From assembly GCA_938028835.1 (NCBI GenBank), contig CALIMJ010000027.1:6959-70958 (forward strand): a DNA stretch of 64,000 nucleotides, written 5' to 3'. Under the pieces are notes generated by a model. That model was given only the letters and a program-made list of their open reading frames with translations, was not told the origin of the DNA and searched no databases. Shown here in pieces: positions 9,315 to 19,193 of the stretch. The translations under genes were made by a program, and so were the position numbers. Source of the stretch: an uncultured bacterium (GTDB taxonomy: Bacteria > Sysuimicrobiota > Sysuimicrobiia > Sysuimicrobiales > Sysuimicrobiaceae). The first letter of the stretch is position 1, and each line of letters starts with the position of its first letter.

Positions 9315-10834
9315 TGGAAGTCCTGCCCTTCGGGTCCCGGGCGCTCCTGGTGCGGCTGGGCACCGAGGTGGATCCCGGGTTGCTGGCCCGGGTGCTGCAC
9401 CTGGACCGGTGGCTGGGGAGGCTTCCCGGAGTGGTGGAGACGGTGCCTGCCTACGCGTCTCTGCTGGTCCACTTCGACCCGCAGACGGTGACCGCGGAGG
9501 CGCTGGCGGCAAGTGCACGCCAGGCCCCCCAGGGCCCCGAGGCCCCGCCAGAAGGACAGCGGCACGAGGTGCCCGTGGTGTACGGGGGCGAGTTCGGCCC
9601 GGACCTGACAGGAGTAGCCCGGTGGGCGGGTCTTTCGGAGCGAGAGGTGGTGGAGCTGCACGCGGGGACCGAGTACCTGGTGTACATGCTCGGCTTCTCG
9701 CCCGGCTTCGCGTACATGGGGACGGTCCCTGACCGCATTGCGGTGCCACGCCTGCCGCAGCCAAGGCCGAGGGTGCCGGCCGGGTCGGTGGCGGTGGCAG
9801 GCCGACAGACCGGTATCTACCCGTCGCCCAGCCCGGGAGGGTGGCGGATCCTCGGGCGCACGCCCCTGCAGGTGTTCGACCCCGCACGCCGGCCGCCCGC
9901 GCTGTTCGAGGTGGGAGACCGGGTGCGCTTCGTGGCCGTGGAGCGGGCGGACTGGCAGGCAGCCCGCCCGGTGCTGGAACCGGAATCCGACGGCGTACCG
10001 GCCTTTGTGGTGCTCGACGGCGGCCTGCTGTGCAGCGTCCAGGACCTGGGCCGGTTCGGCTATCGGCGCTACGGGGTTCCGCCTTCCGGTGCCATGGATC
10101 CCGAAGCCTTGCGGGAGGCAAACGGCGCGGTGGGGAACAGCCCGGACTGTGGCGCGCTGGAGTTCACCTGGCCCGCGCCGGTGCTGGAGGCGCTGGTGGA
10201 CGTGGAGGTGGCCCTAGCGGGTGCAGACTTCGCCCCGGAGGTCGATAGTTCGCCTGTGCCCCTGGGCAAGGCCGTGCGGGTGCGGCGGGGCCAGGTCCTG
10301 CGCTTCCGCAGGCCACGGTGGGGTAACTGGTGCTATCTGGCGGTGGCGGGTGGGGTGCAGGCACCGGAAGCTCTCGGGAGCCGCAGCACGCACGTGCCGT
10401 CGGGGATGGGCGGGAAGGTGTTGCGCCGCGGTGACCTGGTGCGCCGGGCCCGCCGGATCCCGGGCGTAGCCAGGCCGGCCGCGCCGCGCCGCTCCGGGTC
10501 CGTGAGGGTGGTGGCGGGCCCGCACCTGGCGGCCTTCGAGCCAGGAGCCCTGGACCGCTTCGTGGCCGAGGAGTACGTGGTCAGCGCCCGCAGCGACCGT
10601 TCCGGCTACCGCCTGGAGGGGCCCCGGATCGCCCACGGGGGTACCGGCGAGATCCTGTCGGAGGGCATGGTGGTGGGCGCGGTGCAGGTCCCGCCATCTG
10701 GCCAGCCCATCGTGCTCATGCCGGACGGCCCCACTACAGGTGGCTACCCGGTCCTGGCGGTCGTGGTAGAGGAAGACCTGCCCCAGCTGGCGCAGAAGCG
10801 TCCGGGCGAGCGCGTGCGTTTCCAGCTGGCCTGA
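9314..10834 (+). CDS. Fused 5-oxoprolinase subunit B/C (KipI/KipA-like)
   Basis: N-half GFSPGFAY, SPGGW; C-half VQDLGRFG, SDRSGYRL, TTGGYP; ATG overlaps alr stop. Confidence 0.85.
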   Translation: MEVLPFGSRALLVRLGTEVDPGLLARVLHLDRWLGRLPGVVETVPAYASLLVHFDPQTVTAEALAASARQAPQGPEAPPEGQRHEVPVVYGGEFGPDLTGVARWAGLSEREVVELHAGTEYLVYMLGFSPGFAYMGTVPDRIAVPRLPQPRPRVPAGSVAVAGRQTGIYPSPSPGGWRILGRTPLQVFDPARRPPALFEVGDRVRFVAVERADWQAARPVLEPESDGVPAFVVLDGGLLCSVQDLGRFGYRRYGVPPSGAMDPEALREANGAVGNSPDCGALEFTWPAPVLEALVDVEVALAGADFAPEVDSSPVPLGKAVRVRRGQVLRFRRPRWGNWCYLAVAGGVQAPEALGSRSTHVPSGMGGKVLRRGDLVRRARRIPGVARPAAPRRSGSVRVVAGPHLAAFEPGALDRFVAEEYVVSARSDRSGYRLEGPRIAHGGTGEILSEGMVVGAVQVPPSGQPIVLMPDGPTTGGYPVLAVVVEEDLPQLAQKRPGERVRFQLA

Positions 10835-10876
10835 CGCCTCGCGGCGCTCAGAACCGCCCCGGTGGCTTGGGCCCAG

Positions 10877-11308
10877 TCAGCCGTCCCCTGGAAGACGCGC
10901 GAAAACCGCCTCGGTCCAAGCCAGTACCCGTTCCGCGTCCGCCAGGGCCCGCTCCGCGTCGGACTCCCCGTAAAGGTCCTGGGGCGGGGTGTCCGTCTCC
11001 TCGTCCCCGTAAAAGGCGAGCTCACGCTCCCGGGTCAGGCGTCGGGAAATGGCTGCCAGCTCGGTGACTTCTCCCCTCAAGGGATCCGGAAAACGCGCCG
11101 CGTGGGCGCGAAGGGTGGCTCCCACGTCGTGCAGTCGAGGGACCTCCACCCCCGCAGCGCGCAGCGCGGCCTTCAGGCAGAGCTCCACGGCCTCCTGACA
11201 CCGGCGCACCACCAGGTTCCACGCTCCGCGGCGGCGCAGGGAGCGCGCTTCCTCCAGGACCAGCGTGGCCTGGTGCAGGAAGGCCCGGGCGGCGGTCCGG
11301 TTGGTCAC
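10877..11308 (-). CDS. HEPN domain protein
   Basis: CQEAVELCLKA.L, PRLHD; GTG start overlaps the MNT stop. Confidence 0.82.
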   Translation of the reverse strand: MTNRTAARAFLHQATLVLEEARSLRRRGAWNLVVRRCQEAVELCLKAALRAAGVEVPRLHDVGATLRAHAARFPDPLRGEVTELAAISRRLTRERELAFYGDEETDTPPQDLYGESDAERALADAERVLAWTEAVFARLPGDG

Positions 11309-11814
11309 AGCTCGAACACCTCGCCGGGCCGGTAGTCGGGCTTGAGGTCCCAGTACCAAACGCGGCCGATCCGGAGCCTGCGCGCCCCCAGCCGACGCAG
11401 GGATTCCCGCATGCGGTCCAGCACGGACCGAAAAAAACCGTCCCGATCGTGCAGCAGGACCGCGTCCTCCACCATGTCCAGGTAGAGCAACCGCAGCCGG
11501 CGGGCCTCCTCCGGGGTCTTGAGGATCGGGTACACGTCCGTGTGGATCCCGTCCCTGCGCAGCGCCTCCAGCAACGGTTCCACCGCCTCGTCCGCTTGCG
11601 TCAGCACGTCGTGGCGGGCGAGCCGGGAGGCGGGTAGGCCCTCCACCACCACCAACAGGTCCACGTCCGAGGTCGGCCCGGCTTCGCCCCGGGCCACGGA
11701 CCCGAAGAGCACCGCGGACACCAGGGATGGCCCCAGGCTGCGCTGCAAGGCCCTCACGTACGCCTCCGCCAGCTCCCGCAGGCGCGCGCTCACCGTCTTC
11801 GGGTCGGCGCTCAC
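11305..11814 (-). CDS. Minimal nucleotidyltransferase (MNT)
   Basis: LFGSVARGE...SDVDLLVV (GS-x10-DxD). Confidence 0.87.
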   Translation of the reverse strand: MSADPKTVSARLRELAEAYVRALQRSLGPSLVSAVLFGSVARGEAGPTSDVDLLVVVEGLPASRLARHDVLTQADEAVEPLLEALRRDGIHTDVYPILKTPEEARRLRLLYLDMVEDAVLLHDRDGFFRSVLDRMRESLRRLGARRLRIGRVWYWDLKPDYRPGEVFEL

Positions 11815-13034
11815 GGCACCAGCCTAGCACGCCCGGCACGACGCGCCGCCGAGCCCACAGCGCCCAGGCTCCACCCGGCCACCAGGACGGTGGCCAGCGC
11901 GGCTCCGTAGGACGCGGGTCCGGACAGCACCGGCCACAGGGCCGACCACGGCGGGGTCGCGTACTGCGGGAAACTGGCCACGTAGCCGAACCCGTACGCG
12001 AGGTTGGCCAGCAGCACCGCGGACAGGGCGACCCAGAATGCCGCGCCGGTCTGTCCGAGAACCCAGCTAGCAAGGGCTAGGGGCAACGCCGGAAACAGGT
12101 ACCGTTCGTGCATGCGGGTGGCCAGGGCGAAGGCGGCCACGCACACCGCGGCAGCGCCGAGGGCGGCCAGGCCCGGGTCGCCACGGCCCGCCACGCGCCA
12201 GGTCACCCAGGCTACGGCCAACGAAGCCAGCAGCAGCCCCCACACGGACGCCATAAGCCCCAGGACAGGAAGCGTGTCGGGCCTCCAGTTCAGGCCGGCG
12301 AGGTACCAGAGGTTGAGGGCGTTCACCGAACCATAGGGGTAGGTGGCGGAGGCGGAAAGGGCCAGGCGCGCGAGCCCCACGGGTGAGAGTCCGAACAGCA
12401 GCCCCCCTGCCGCGGTGGTGAGCGCGCAACTCCCCGCACTCCACACGAGCGTCCGAAGCCCGGCCCGGCCGCACGCGAGGCCCAGCAGCAGCACCGCGCC
12501 GGCTGCAGCGTACTGCGGCTTGGTGAGGGCCGCCCACCCGAACAGCACTCCCGCCCACCCGGGCCTTCCCCCGTGTAGCGCGACGGCGCCGCCCAGTAGC
12601 CACGCCACCGACACGGACTCCGCCTGCCCCCACCAGGCTCCGGCCAGTAGGACCGCAGGGTGCAACAGGTAGGCCAGGGCCGCCACCTGGCCCCGGGCTC
12701 CTCCCAGGCGCCACAGCAGCGCTGCCACCGCGAAGTCCGCGGCCGCGGGGACCGCTTTGACGAGCTGGCCGGCTGCGGACGGCCACGCGCGCACCAGGAA
12801 CCCCAGCGGCCACAGGAGCGTGAGGTAGCCGGGCAGGTAGTCCGCGAACAGCCCCGGCGCGTAGAAGCGCCAGGGCCCCACCTCCGCCAGCCGCAGCGCC
12901 CAGGCGTGAAAGGCCGCCAGATCTGCGGGGTGGCCGGGGGCCCAGAGCAGCGCGGCCCGCACCGCCGCGGCGGCGGCCCACGGTACGGCCCGCAGGACGC
13001 GCGACGTCCCCGGTCCGGCCACGGCGTGTCCCAT
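11811..13034 (-). CDS. Polytopic membrane GT-C-type glycosyltransferase
   Basis: Multi-TM protein with DY.PGY, WGQ.ES, KPQ, MHERY motifs. Confidence 0.7.
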   Translation of the reverse strand: MGHAVAGPGTSRVLRAVPWAAAAAVRAALLWAPGHPADLAAFHAWALRLAEVGPWRFYAPGLFADYLPGYLTLLWPLGFLVRAWPSAAGQLVKAVPAAADFAVAALLWRLGGARGQVAALAYLLHPAVLLAGAWWGQAESVSVAWLLGGAVALHGGRPGWAGVLFGWAALTKPQYAAAGAVLLLGLACGRAGLRTLVWSAGSCALTTAAGGLLFGLSPVGLARLALSASATYPYGSVNALNLWYLAGLNWRPDTLPVLGLMASVWGLLLASLAVAWVTWRVAGRGDPGLAALGAAAVCVAAFALATRMHERYLFPALPLALASWVLGQTGAAFWVALSAVLLANLAYGFGYVASFPQYATPPWSALWPVLSGPASYGAALATVLVAGWSLGAVGSAARRAGRARLVP

Positions 13035-13108
13035 CGGTCCCTCCGGTACTCGGGGTCCGGGCCGATGGTACCACCAGGAGGGCCGCCGACCCGCGTGGAA
13101 GCTTAGAG

Positions 13109-14230
13109 GTGGCCATGAGGGTGGGAGTGCCGAGGGAGCGCAAGGACGGTGAGTACCGGGTGGGCCTCACCCCGGCGGGGGTGATGCAGCTGGTGGAGGC
13201 CGGATGTGAGGTGGTGGTCGAGTCCGGCGCGGGCGAGGGGAGCGGGTTCTCGGACGAGGAGTACGTGCGCCGGGGAGCCCGCGTCACCCGCGACCGGGCG
13301 GAAGCGTGGGGCTGCGAGCTAGTGATGAAGGTCAAGGAGCCTCTGCCCGAGGAGCAGGGGTACCTGCGCCGGGGGCTGGTGCTGTTCACCTACCTCCACC
13401 TAGCTGCGGACGAGGCGCTCAGCCGCGCGCTGCTGCGTTCCGGGGCGGTGGCGCTGGCGTACGAGACCGTCCAGCTCCCCGACGGAGAGCTGCCCCTGCT
13501 CACGCCCATGAGCGAGGTGGCGGGCAAGCTGGCCGTACAGGAGGCCAGCTACTACCTCAAGCGCACGCAGGGCGGGAAGGGTACCCTGCTGGGAGGGGTC
13601 ACGGGCGTGGCTCCCGGGACGGTGGTGGTGCTGGGCGGCGGGGTGGTAGGGACCAACGCCGCCAGGGTGGCCCTGGGCATGGGCGCGCAGGTCACCGTCC
13701 TGGAGCGGAACCCGCGGCGCATGGCTCACCTGGACGACGTGCTGCACGGTCGCATCCAGGTGCTCGCCAGCAACCCGTACACGGTGGAACAGGCGGTGGC
13801 CTACGCGGACGTGCTCATCGGCGCCGTGCTGGTCCCGGGCGCCCGCACCCCCAAGCTGGTGTCCGCGGACCTGGTCCGCGCCATGAAGCCGGGGTCGGTG
13901 ATCGTGGACGTGTCGGTGGACCAGGGCGGGTGCGTGGAGACCATCCGGCCCACCACCCACAGCCAGCCCGTGTACGAGTGGGGCGGGGTGATCCACTACG
14001 GGGTCACCAACATGCCCGCGGCGGTCCCGCGGACGTCCACCGTGGCGCTCACCAACGCCACCGTGGGCTACGCGGTCGCCCTGGCCCGGAAGGGTTGGCG
14101 GGAAGCGTGTCGCCAGGACCCGGCCCTGGCGCGGGGGCTGAACGTGGTGGACGGCCGGGTCACTCACCCGGGCGTAGCGGAAGCCCACGGCCTCCCGTTC
14201 ACGCCCGTGGAGGAGGTCCTGCGGGCCTGA
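13109..14230 (+). CDS. ald: Alanine dehydrogenase
   Basis: GVPRE.K.GEYRV, KVKEP, FTYLHLA, PMSEVAG, DQGGC.ET, ALTNAT. Confidence 0.95.
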   Translation: MAMRVGVPRERKDGEYRVGLTPAGVMQLVEAGCEVVVESGAGEGSGFSDEEYVRRGARVTRDRAEAWGCELVMKVKEPLPEEQGYLRRGLVLFTYLHLAADEALSRALLRSGAVALAYETVQLPDGELPLLTPMSEVAGKLAVQEASYYLKRTQGGKGTLLGGVTGVAPGTVVVLGGGVVGTNAARVALGMGAQVTVLERNPRRMAHLDDVLHGRIQVLASNPYTVEQAVAYADVLIGAVLVPGARTPKLVSADLVRAMKPGSVIVDVSVDQGGCVETIRPTTHSQPVYEWGGVIHYGVTNMPAAVPRTSTVALTNATVGYAVALARKGWREACRQDPALARGLNVVDGRVTHPGVAEAHGLPFTPVEEVLRA

Positions 14231-14257
14231 ACCGGCCCGGGGCCAGGGTTTTCGACG

Positions 14258-14488
14258 CTAGGGGGTGGGCAGGTTGGCGAAGATGGCCTCCACGGACTCG
14301 GGCGTCTCCGGCCGGATCCGTCCCGCCGCGATCTCCTCCAGGGCCACGGTGACCGGGTTCTGGGAGTCCACGTCCACCAAGGGTAGCTGTCCGGACCGCA
14401 GCTCCCGGGCCCGCTTGGCGGCCAGCATCACCAGCAGGTACTTGTTGGGCACCCGTTCCAGCAACGTCTCGATGGGCGGACGGATCAT
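14258..14488 (-). CDS. rpoZ: RNA polymerase omega subunit
   Basis: NKY.LV..AAKRAREL, NPVTVALEEI; strong RBS. Confidence 0.93.
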   Translation of the reverse strand: MIRPPIETLLERVPNKYLLVMLAAKRARELRSGQLPLVDVDSQNPVTVALEEIAAGRIRPETPESVEAIFANLPTP

Positions 14489-14526
14489 GGCGTCTCCCTC
14501 CCGACCTCCAAAGGGTATTCTACCGG

Positions 14527-16392
14527 GTGGAGGAAATGCAAGCCGTCCGGGACGGCGGGTGGGGTGAGGCTGACGTGGCGACCCTCGAACTCCAGCAGGT
14601 CATCACGGGTACTGTGCCGGAGCACTTCCTGCGGGCGGTGCGGGAGCGGGACCGGCGGGTGGCCCTGTGGCACAAGCGCAGGGGACTGTGGCACCCGGTC
14701 ACGTGGGCGGACTACGGCCGAGCGGCGCAGGAGGTGGCTTGCGGGCTAATCGCCCTGGGCTTCCAGCCCGGCCAGGCCGCGGCCATCATCGGCAACAACC
14801 GGCCCGAGTGGCTGTTCTGCGACATGGGGATCCTGCTGGCCGGGGGCCTGTCGGTGGCGGTGTACGCCACCAACCCGCCCGAGCAGTGTGCGTACATCCT
14901 GGGACACAGCGAAGCCCGGGTCTTCTTCGTGGAGGACGAGGAGCAGCTCGATAAGGCCCTGGAGGTCCGCGGCCAGCTCCCGCAGCTGGAGCGCATCGTG
15001 GTCATGGATCCGGAGGGGCTGGCCGGGTTCTCCGACCCGCAGGTCCTCACCCTGGACGAGCTACGCACCCTGGGCCGCGCCGCGTGGGATCCCGAGGGGC
15101 TGGAGCGCCTCGCCCGGAGGGCGTCCGAGGAGCAGGTGGCCATCCTGCTGTACACCTCGGGCACCACAGGGCCGCCCAAGGGGGCCATGCTGACCCACCG
15201 GAACCTCCTGTGGACCGCGCAGGCCCTGGGCCAGGCCAACGCCCTGTACCCCACGGACAGCGCGCTGTCCTTCCTGCCCCTGTCGCACATCGCGGAGCGC
15301 ATGCTGAGCGTGTACCTCCCCCTCGTGTGGGGGTACGCGGTGTACTTCGCGGAGAACCTGGACACCCTGTTCCAGAACCTGCAGGAGGTGCGTCCCACCA
15401 TCCTGTTCGCGGTGCCGCGGCTGTGGGAGAAGCTCCACTCGCAGCTCACCCTGCACATGCGGGAGGTGGACGCCTTCAAGCGCGCCGCGTACGAGGCGGC
15501 CCTCCGGGTGGGGCGGCGGTACGCCCTGGCGCGCCTGGCGGGTGAGCCCATCTCCCCGGCCCTCCGGGCCGCGCACGCGCTGGCGGAGCTCGCGGTGCTG
15601 CGTCCGCTCCGGCGCCGTCTGGGGCTGGACCGGGTGCGGTTCGCGGTGTCCGGGGCCGCTCCCATCGCTCCGGAGATCCTGGAGTTCTACCACGCCCTGG
15701 GGGTGCGGATCCGGGAGGTGTACGGACAGACGGAAGGCAGCGGTCCCACCACCATCCACCAGGGAGACCGCATCCGGCTGGGTACCGTCGGGCAGCCCCT
15801 CCCCGGAGTGGAGGTCCGCATCGCCCCCGACGGCGAGATCCTGGTCCGCGGCCCCAACGTGTTCGCCGGCTACTTCAGAGACCCGGAGGCTACCGCGCAG
15901 GCGTTGCGGGACGGCTGGCTGCACTCCGGGGACGTGGGGGAGATGGACGGAGACGGCTTTTTGCGGATCACCGACCGCAAGAAGGACCTGATCGTGAACG
16001 CCTACGGGAAGAACATCGCGCCCGCGTACGTGGAGAACCTGCTGAAGACCAGTCCCTACATCCAGGACGCGGTGGTGATCGGCGACCGGCGGCCGTACCT
16101 GGTGGCCCTGATCGTCATCGACGAGGACAACGTGACCCGCTGGGCCCAGGACCGGCGGATTCCCTTCTCCACCTTCGCGGACCTGAGCGGCAACGAGCAG
16201 GTGCGGGAGCTCATCGCTCAGGAGGTGGAGCAGGTGAACCGGTCGCTGAGCAACCCCGAGCAGGTGAAGCGGTTCGCCCTGCTGCCCAAGCGGCTGTACC
16301 AGGAGGACGGGGAGGTCACCCCCACCCAGAAGGTGAAGCGTAAGGCCATCGTGGAGAAGTACTGTGACCTGATCGAGAGCCTGTACCGTTAG
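14527..16392 (+). CDS. Long-chain acyl-CoA synthetase (AMP-binding)
   Basis: YTSGTTGPPKG, YGQTE, GWLHSGD, DRKKD, TPTQK; start may be GTG 14575. Confidence 0.9.
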   Translation: MEEMQAVRDGGWGEADVATLELQQVITGTVPEHFLRAVRERDRRVALWHKRRGLWHPVTWADYGRAAQEVACGLIALGFQPGQAAAIIGNNRPEWLFCDMGILLAGGLSVAVYATNPPEQCAYILGHSEARVFFVEDEEQLDKALEVRGQLPQLERIVVMDPEGLAGFSDPQVLTLDELRTLGRAAWDPEGLERLARRASEEQVAILLYTSGTTGPPKGAMLTHRNLLWTAQALGQANALYPTDSALSFLPLSHIAERMLSVYLPLVWGYAVYFAENLDTLFQNLQEVRPTILFAVPRLWEKLHSQLTLHMREVDAFKRAAYEAALRVGRRYALARLAGEPISPALRAAHALAELAVLRPLRRRLGLDRVRFAVSGAAPIAPEILEFYHALGVRIREVYGQTEGSGPTTIHQGDRIRLGTVGQPLPGVEVRIAPDGEILVRGPNVFAGYFRDPEATAQALRDGWLHSGDVGEMDGDGFLRITDRKKDLIVNAYGKNIAPAYVENLLKTSPYIQDAVVIGDRRPYLVALIVIDEDNVTRWAQDRRIPFSTFADLSGNEQVRELIAQEVEQVNRSLSNPEQVKRFALLPKRLYQEDGEVTPTQKVKRKAIVEKYCDLIESLYR

Positions 16393-16403
16393 ACGGGCTA
16401 CCT

Positions 16404-17177
16404 TCACGCCCACCGGCGGCGGGGCCGCCACCGGCGGAATCCCTTGGGGGACGGCTCTTTCTGGATCCCCAGGTACAGCTCCTGCACGTTGGGGTCCTCC
16501 CGCAGCCGCTCCGCGGGCCCCTCCAGCACCAGCCGGCCCGCCTCCAGAACGTACCCGTAGTGGGCCACCTGGAGGGCCATCCGGGCGTTCTGCTCCACGA
16601 GGAGGAGGGGGATCCCCTCCCGGTTCAGCGACTGCAGGATGGAAAAGATTTGCGCCACCACCCGCGGCGCGAGGCCCAGGGACGGCTCGTCCAGCAACAG
16701 CAGGGACGGGCGCAGCAGCAGGGCGCGGGCGATGGCCAGCATCTGCTGCTCGCCCCCCGAGAGGGTCCCCGCCTGCTGCCACAGCCGCTCCCGGAGCACG
16801 GGGAACCGGTCCAGCACCGCGTCGTACTCCGTCCGGGTGTACCGACGGGCGTAGCCCACCAGCTGCAGGTTCTCTTCCACCGTGAGTTCCGGGAACAGCC
16901 CGCGGCCCTCGGGTACTAGGGCCAGTCCCATCCGGGTGATGGCGTCCGGCTCCTTTCCGTTCAGGCGCACCCCGCGGAAAGTGACCTCGCCCTTCTCGGG
17001 CTGGTCCGGGATCAGCCCCATGACGGTCCGCAGCAGCGTGCTCTTCCCCGCGCCGTTGCTGCCCAGGAGGGCCACCACCTGGCCCTCCCGCACCTGCAGG
17101 GAGACCCCCCGCAGGACCACCAGCCCTTTCCGGTAGCCCGCCTCTACGTTCCTGACGGACAGGACCTCTGTGGTCAT
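16404..17177 (-). CDS. LIV-type ABC transporter ATPase (LivF-like)
   Basis: GSNGAGKST, LSGGEQQML, DEPSLGLAP. Confidence 0.9.
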   Translation of the reverse strand: MTTEVLSVRNVEAGYRKGLVVLRGVSLQVREGQVVALLGSNGAGKSTLLRTVMGLIPDQPEKGEVTFRGVRLNGKEPDAITRMGLALVPEGRGLFPELTVEENLQLVGYARRYTRTEYDAVLDRFPVLRERLWQQAGTLSGGEQQMLAIARALLLRPSLLLLDEPSLGLAPRVVAQIFSILQSLNREGIPLLLVEQNARMALQVAHYGYVLEAGRLVLEGPAERLREDPNVQELYLGIQKEPSPKGFRRWRPRRRWA

Positions 17178-17947
17178 GCCCCCACGCCCAGGTATGCCTC
17201 CACCACCTTCGGGTCCCGCTGCACCGCCTCCGGCGGCCCCTGGGCGATGACCTCCCCGTGATCCAGGACGACCACGCGTTCCGAGAGATCCATGACCATG
17301 CGGAGGTCGTGCTCCACCAGCACCACGGTGAGCCCGAAGACCCGCCGGGCGTCCTGCAGCCGGTACTTCAGCTCGTCCTTCTCCTCCGCCACCAGCCCCG
17401 CGGAGGGTTCGTCCAGGAGCAACAGGCGCGGCTGGCTCGTGAGGGCCCGGCCCAGCTCCACCACCCTCTGGACCCCGTGCGGCAGCGCGGCCACCGGACG
17501 GTCGCGGTACGCCTGGAGCTCCAGGAACTCCAGGATGGCCTCCGCCCGCTCCCGCTGCCGGACCTCCTCCTCCCGGGCGCGGCGGCTCCACACCGCCACC
17601 TCCCACACGGGGGTCCGGAAGTGGCGGTGGCACCCCAGCAGGAGGTTGTCGAGCACCGTCATCCCGCGGAACAGCTCCAGGTTCTGGAAGGTGCGGGCCA
17701 CACCCGACCGGGCGATGACGTCGGGCGAGGCTCGGGTGACGTCCTGGCCGTCCAGCAGCACCCGGCCGCGCTGCGGCCGGTACAACCCGCAGATGCAGTT
17801 GAACAGGCTGGTTTTCCCGGCCCCGTTGGGTCCGATGACGCTGACCAGCTCACCGGCCCGGACCTCCAGGCTGACGTCCTGCAGGGCAGCCACCCCTCCG
17901 AACCGGAGGGTCACGCCCTCCACCTGGAGGAGTGGCCGCCCGTCCAC
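17174..17947 (-). CDS. LIV-type ABC transporter ATPase (LivG-like)
   Basis: GPNGAGKTS, ARTFQN, LLDEP, EHD, V.EAYLG. Confidence 0.9.
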   Translation of the reverse strand: MDGRPLLQVEGVTLRFGGVAALQDVSLEVRAGELVSVIGPNGAGKTSLFNCICGLYRPQRGRVLLDGQDVTRASPDVIARSGVARTFQNLELFRGMTVLDNLLLGCHRHFRTPVWEVAVWSRRAREEEVRQRERAEAILEFLELQAYRDRPVAALPHGVQRVVELGRALTSQPRLLLLDEPSAGLVAEEKDELKYRLQDARRVFGLTVVLVEHDLRMVMDLSERVVVLDHGEVIAQGPPEAVQRDPKVVEAYLGVGA

Positions 17948-17955
17948 GCCGGTAC

Positions 17956-19128
17956 TCAGAAGCCCGTGGGGTAGCTGATCCAGTCCGTGAGCCGCGTGTA
18001 CCGGCCGCCCTCCGCCCGGGTGAGGAACACCCGGTTGATGCCCTGCCGGCGGTCCGGCCCGAAGGTCACGCCCCGGATCACCTGGCCGTCCCAGTTCCGG
18101 ATGCTCTCCATGGCGGTCACGAACCGCTCCTTGGTGAGCTCGCGGCCCGCCAGGCGGAGGCCCTCCACGAAGGGCTCCATGAACGCCCAGCCAGCCAGGG
18201 CGTTGAAGGGGTTGGTGCGCAGCGCGGGGTCCACGCGGGTGAGGATGGCCAGGGCCTCGTCCACCCGGCTGTCGCCGGTGCCCGGCAGCGGGAAGAAGGC
18301 GGTGGAGATCACCCCGTTCCACGCCTCCCCCGCCAGGGCGAACATGATGGGGTCTCCCAGGGTGAAGGAGCTCAGCAGCCTGGGGGTGTAGCCGATCTTG
18401 GCCATCTCCCGCACGATGAGGGCACCGTGGCGCGGGGTGGCGTACAGCAGCACCGCGTCCGCCCGGGACTCGCGCAGCTTCACCGCCTCCGAGCTCACGT
18501 CCGCCTGGGTGACCTCGTAGGGGACCTGGGCGGTGATGCGAACCCGCGACCGCACCGCCCCCTGCTTGGCGCCCAGCAGCCCTTTCTGCCCGTACAGGTC
18601 GTTCTGGTAGAAGACCGCGATGCTCTTGGCACCCAGCTGCCGGGCTGCGTAGTCCACCAGGATCTTGGCCTCCTCCACGTAGGAGGGGTAGGTGACGAAC
18701 AGGTACTTCTTGTCGCGGAACCCGTACCACATGGTGGCGTCCGCGGTGGGGCTGATCCACACGACCTGGTTGCGCACGAGGTAGTCGCGGACCGCGAAGG
18801 CGTTGGCGGTCCCGATGAGGCCGACGATGGCGAACACCCCTACCCGTTCCACCAGCTCCCGGACGTTGGCCGCCGCCCTCGGAGGCAGGTAGCTGTCGTC
18901 CCGCAGCACCACCCGCAGCCGCCGGCCGTGGATCCCTCCCTGGTCGTTCAGGTACCGGGCATACGCCTCCATGCCGCGGCCCACCGCGCCCCAGTACGCC
19001 GCAGGGCCGCTCAGGGGCATGGACGAACCGATGACCACCTCGTCGGCGGTCACGCCCCGTTCCTGCGCGCCGGCGCTCAAGGGCAAGGCCAGCAGCACCA
19101 CCGCACACAGCCACGCCGCCGTCCGCAT
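17956..19128 (-). CDS. LIV-type ABC substrate-binding protein
   Basis: Signal peptide; PLSGPAA, GGIHGR, DD.Y.P, YQND.YG. Confidence 0.88.
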   Translation of the reverse strand: MRTAAWLCAVVLLALPLSAGAQERGVTADEVVIGSSMPLSGPAAYWGAVGRGMEAYARYLNDQGGIHGRRLRVVLRDDSYLPPRAAANVRELVERVGVFAIVGLIGTANAFAVRDYLVRNQVVWISPTADATMWYGFRDKKYLFVTYPSYVEEAKILVDYAARQLGAKSIAVFYQNDLYGQKGLLGAKQGAVRSRVRITAQVPYEVTQADVSSEAVKLRESRADAVLLYATPRHGALIVREMAKIGYTPRLLSSFTLGDPIMFALAGEAWNGVISTAFFPLPGTGDSRVDEALAILTRVDPALRTNPFNALAGWAFMEPFVEGLRLAGRELTKERFVTAMESIRNWDGQVIRGVTFGPDRRQGINRVFLTRAEGGRYTRLTDWISYPTGF

Positions 19129-19193
19129 GATCTCCCTCCCCCTTTCCGTTTCTGCTCTTCTAGACTAACGGGCGCCGCCCCCCCGCGCGAGGG

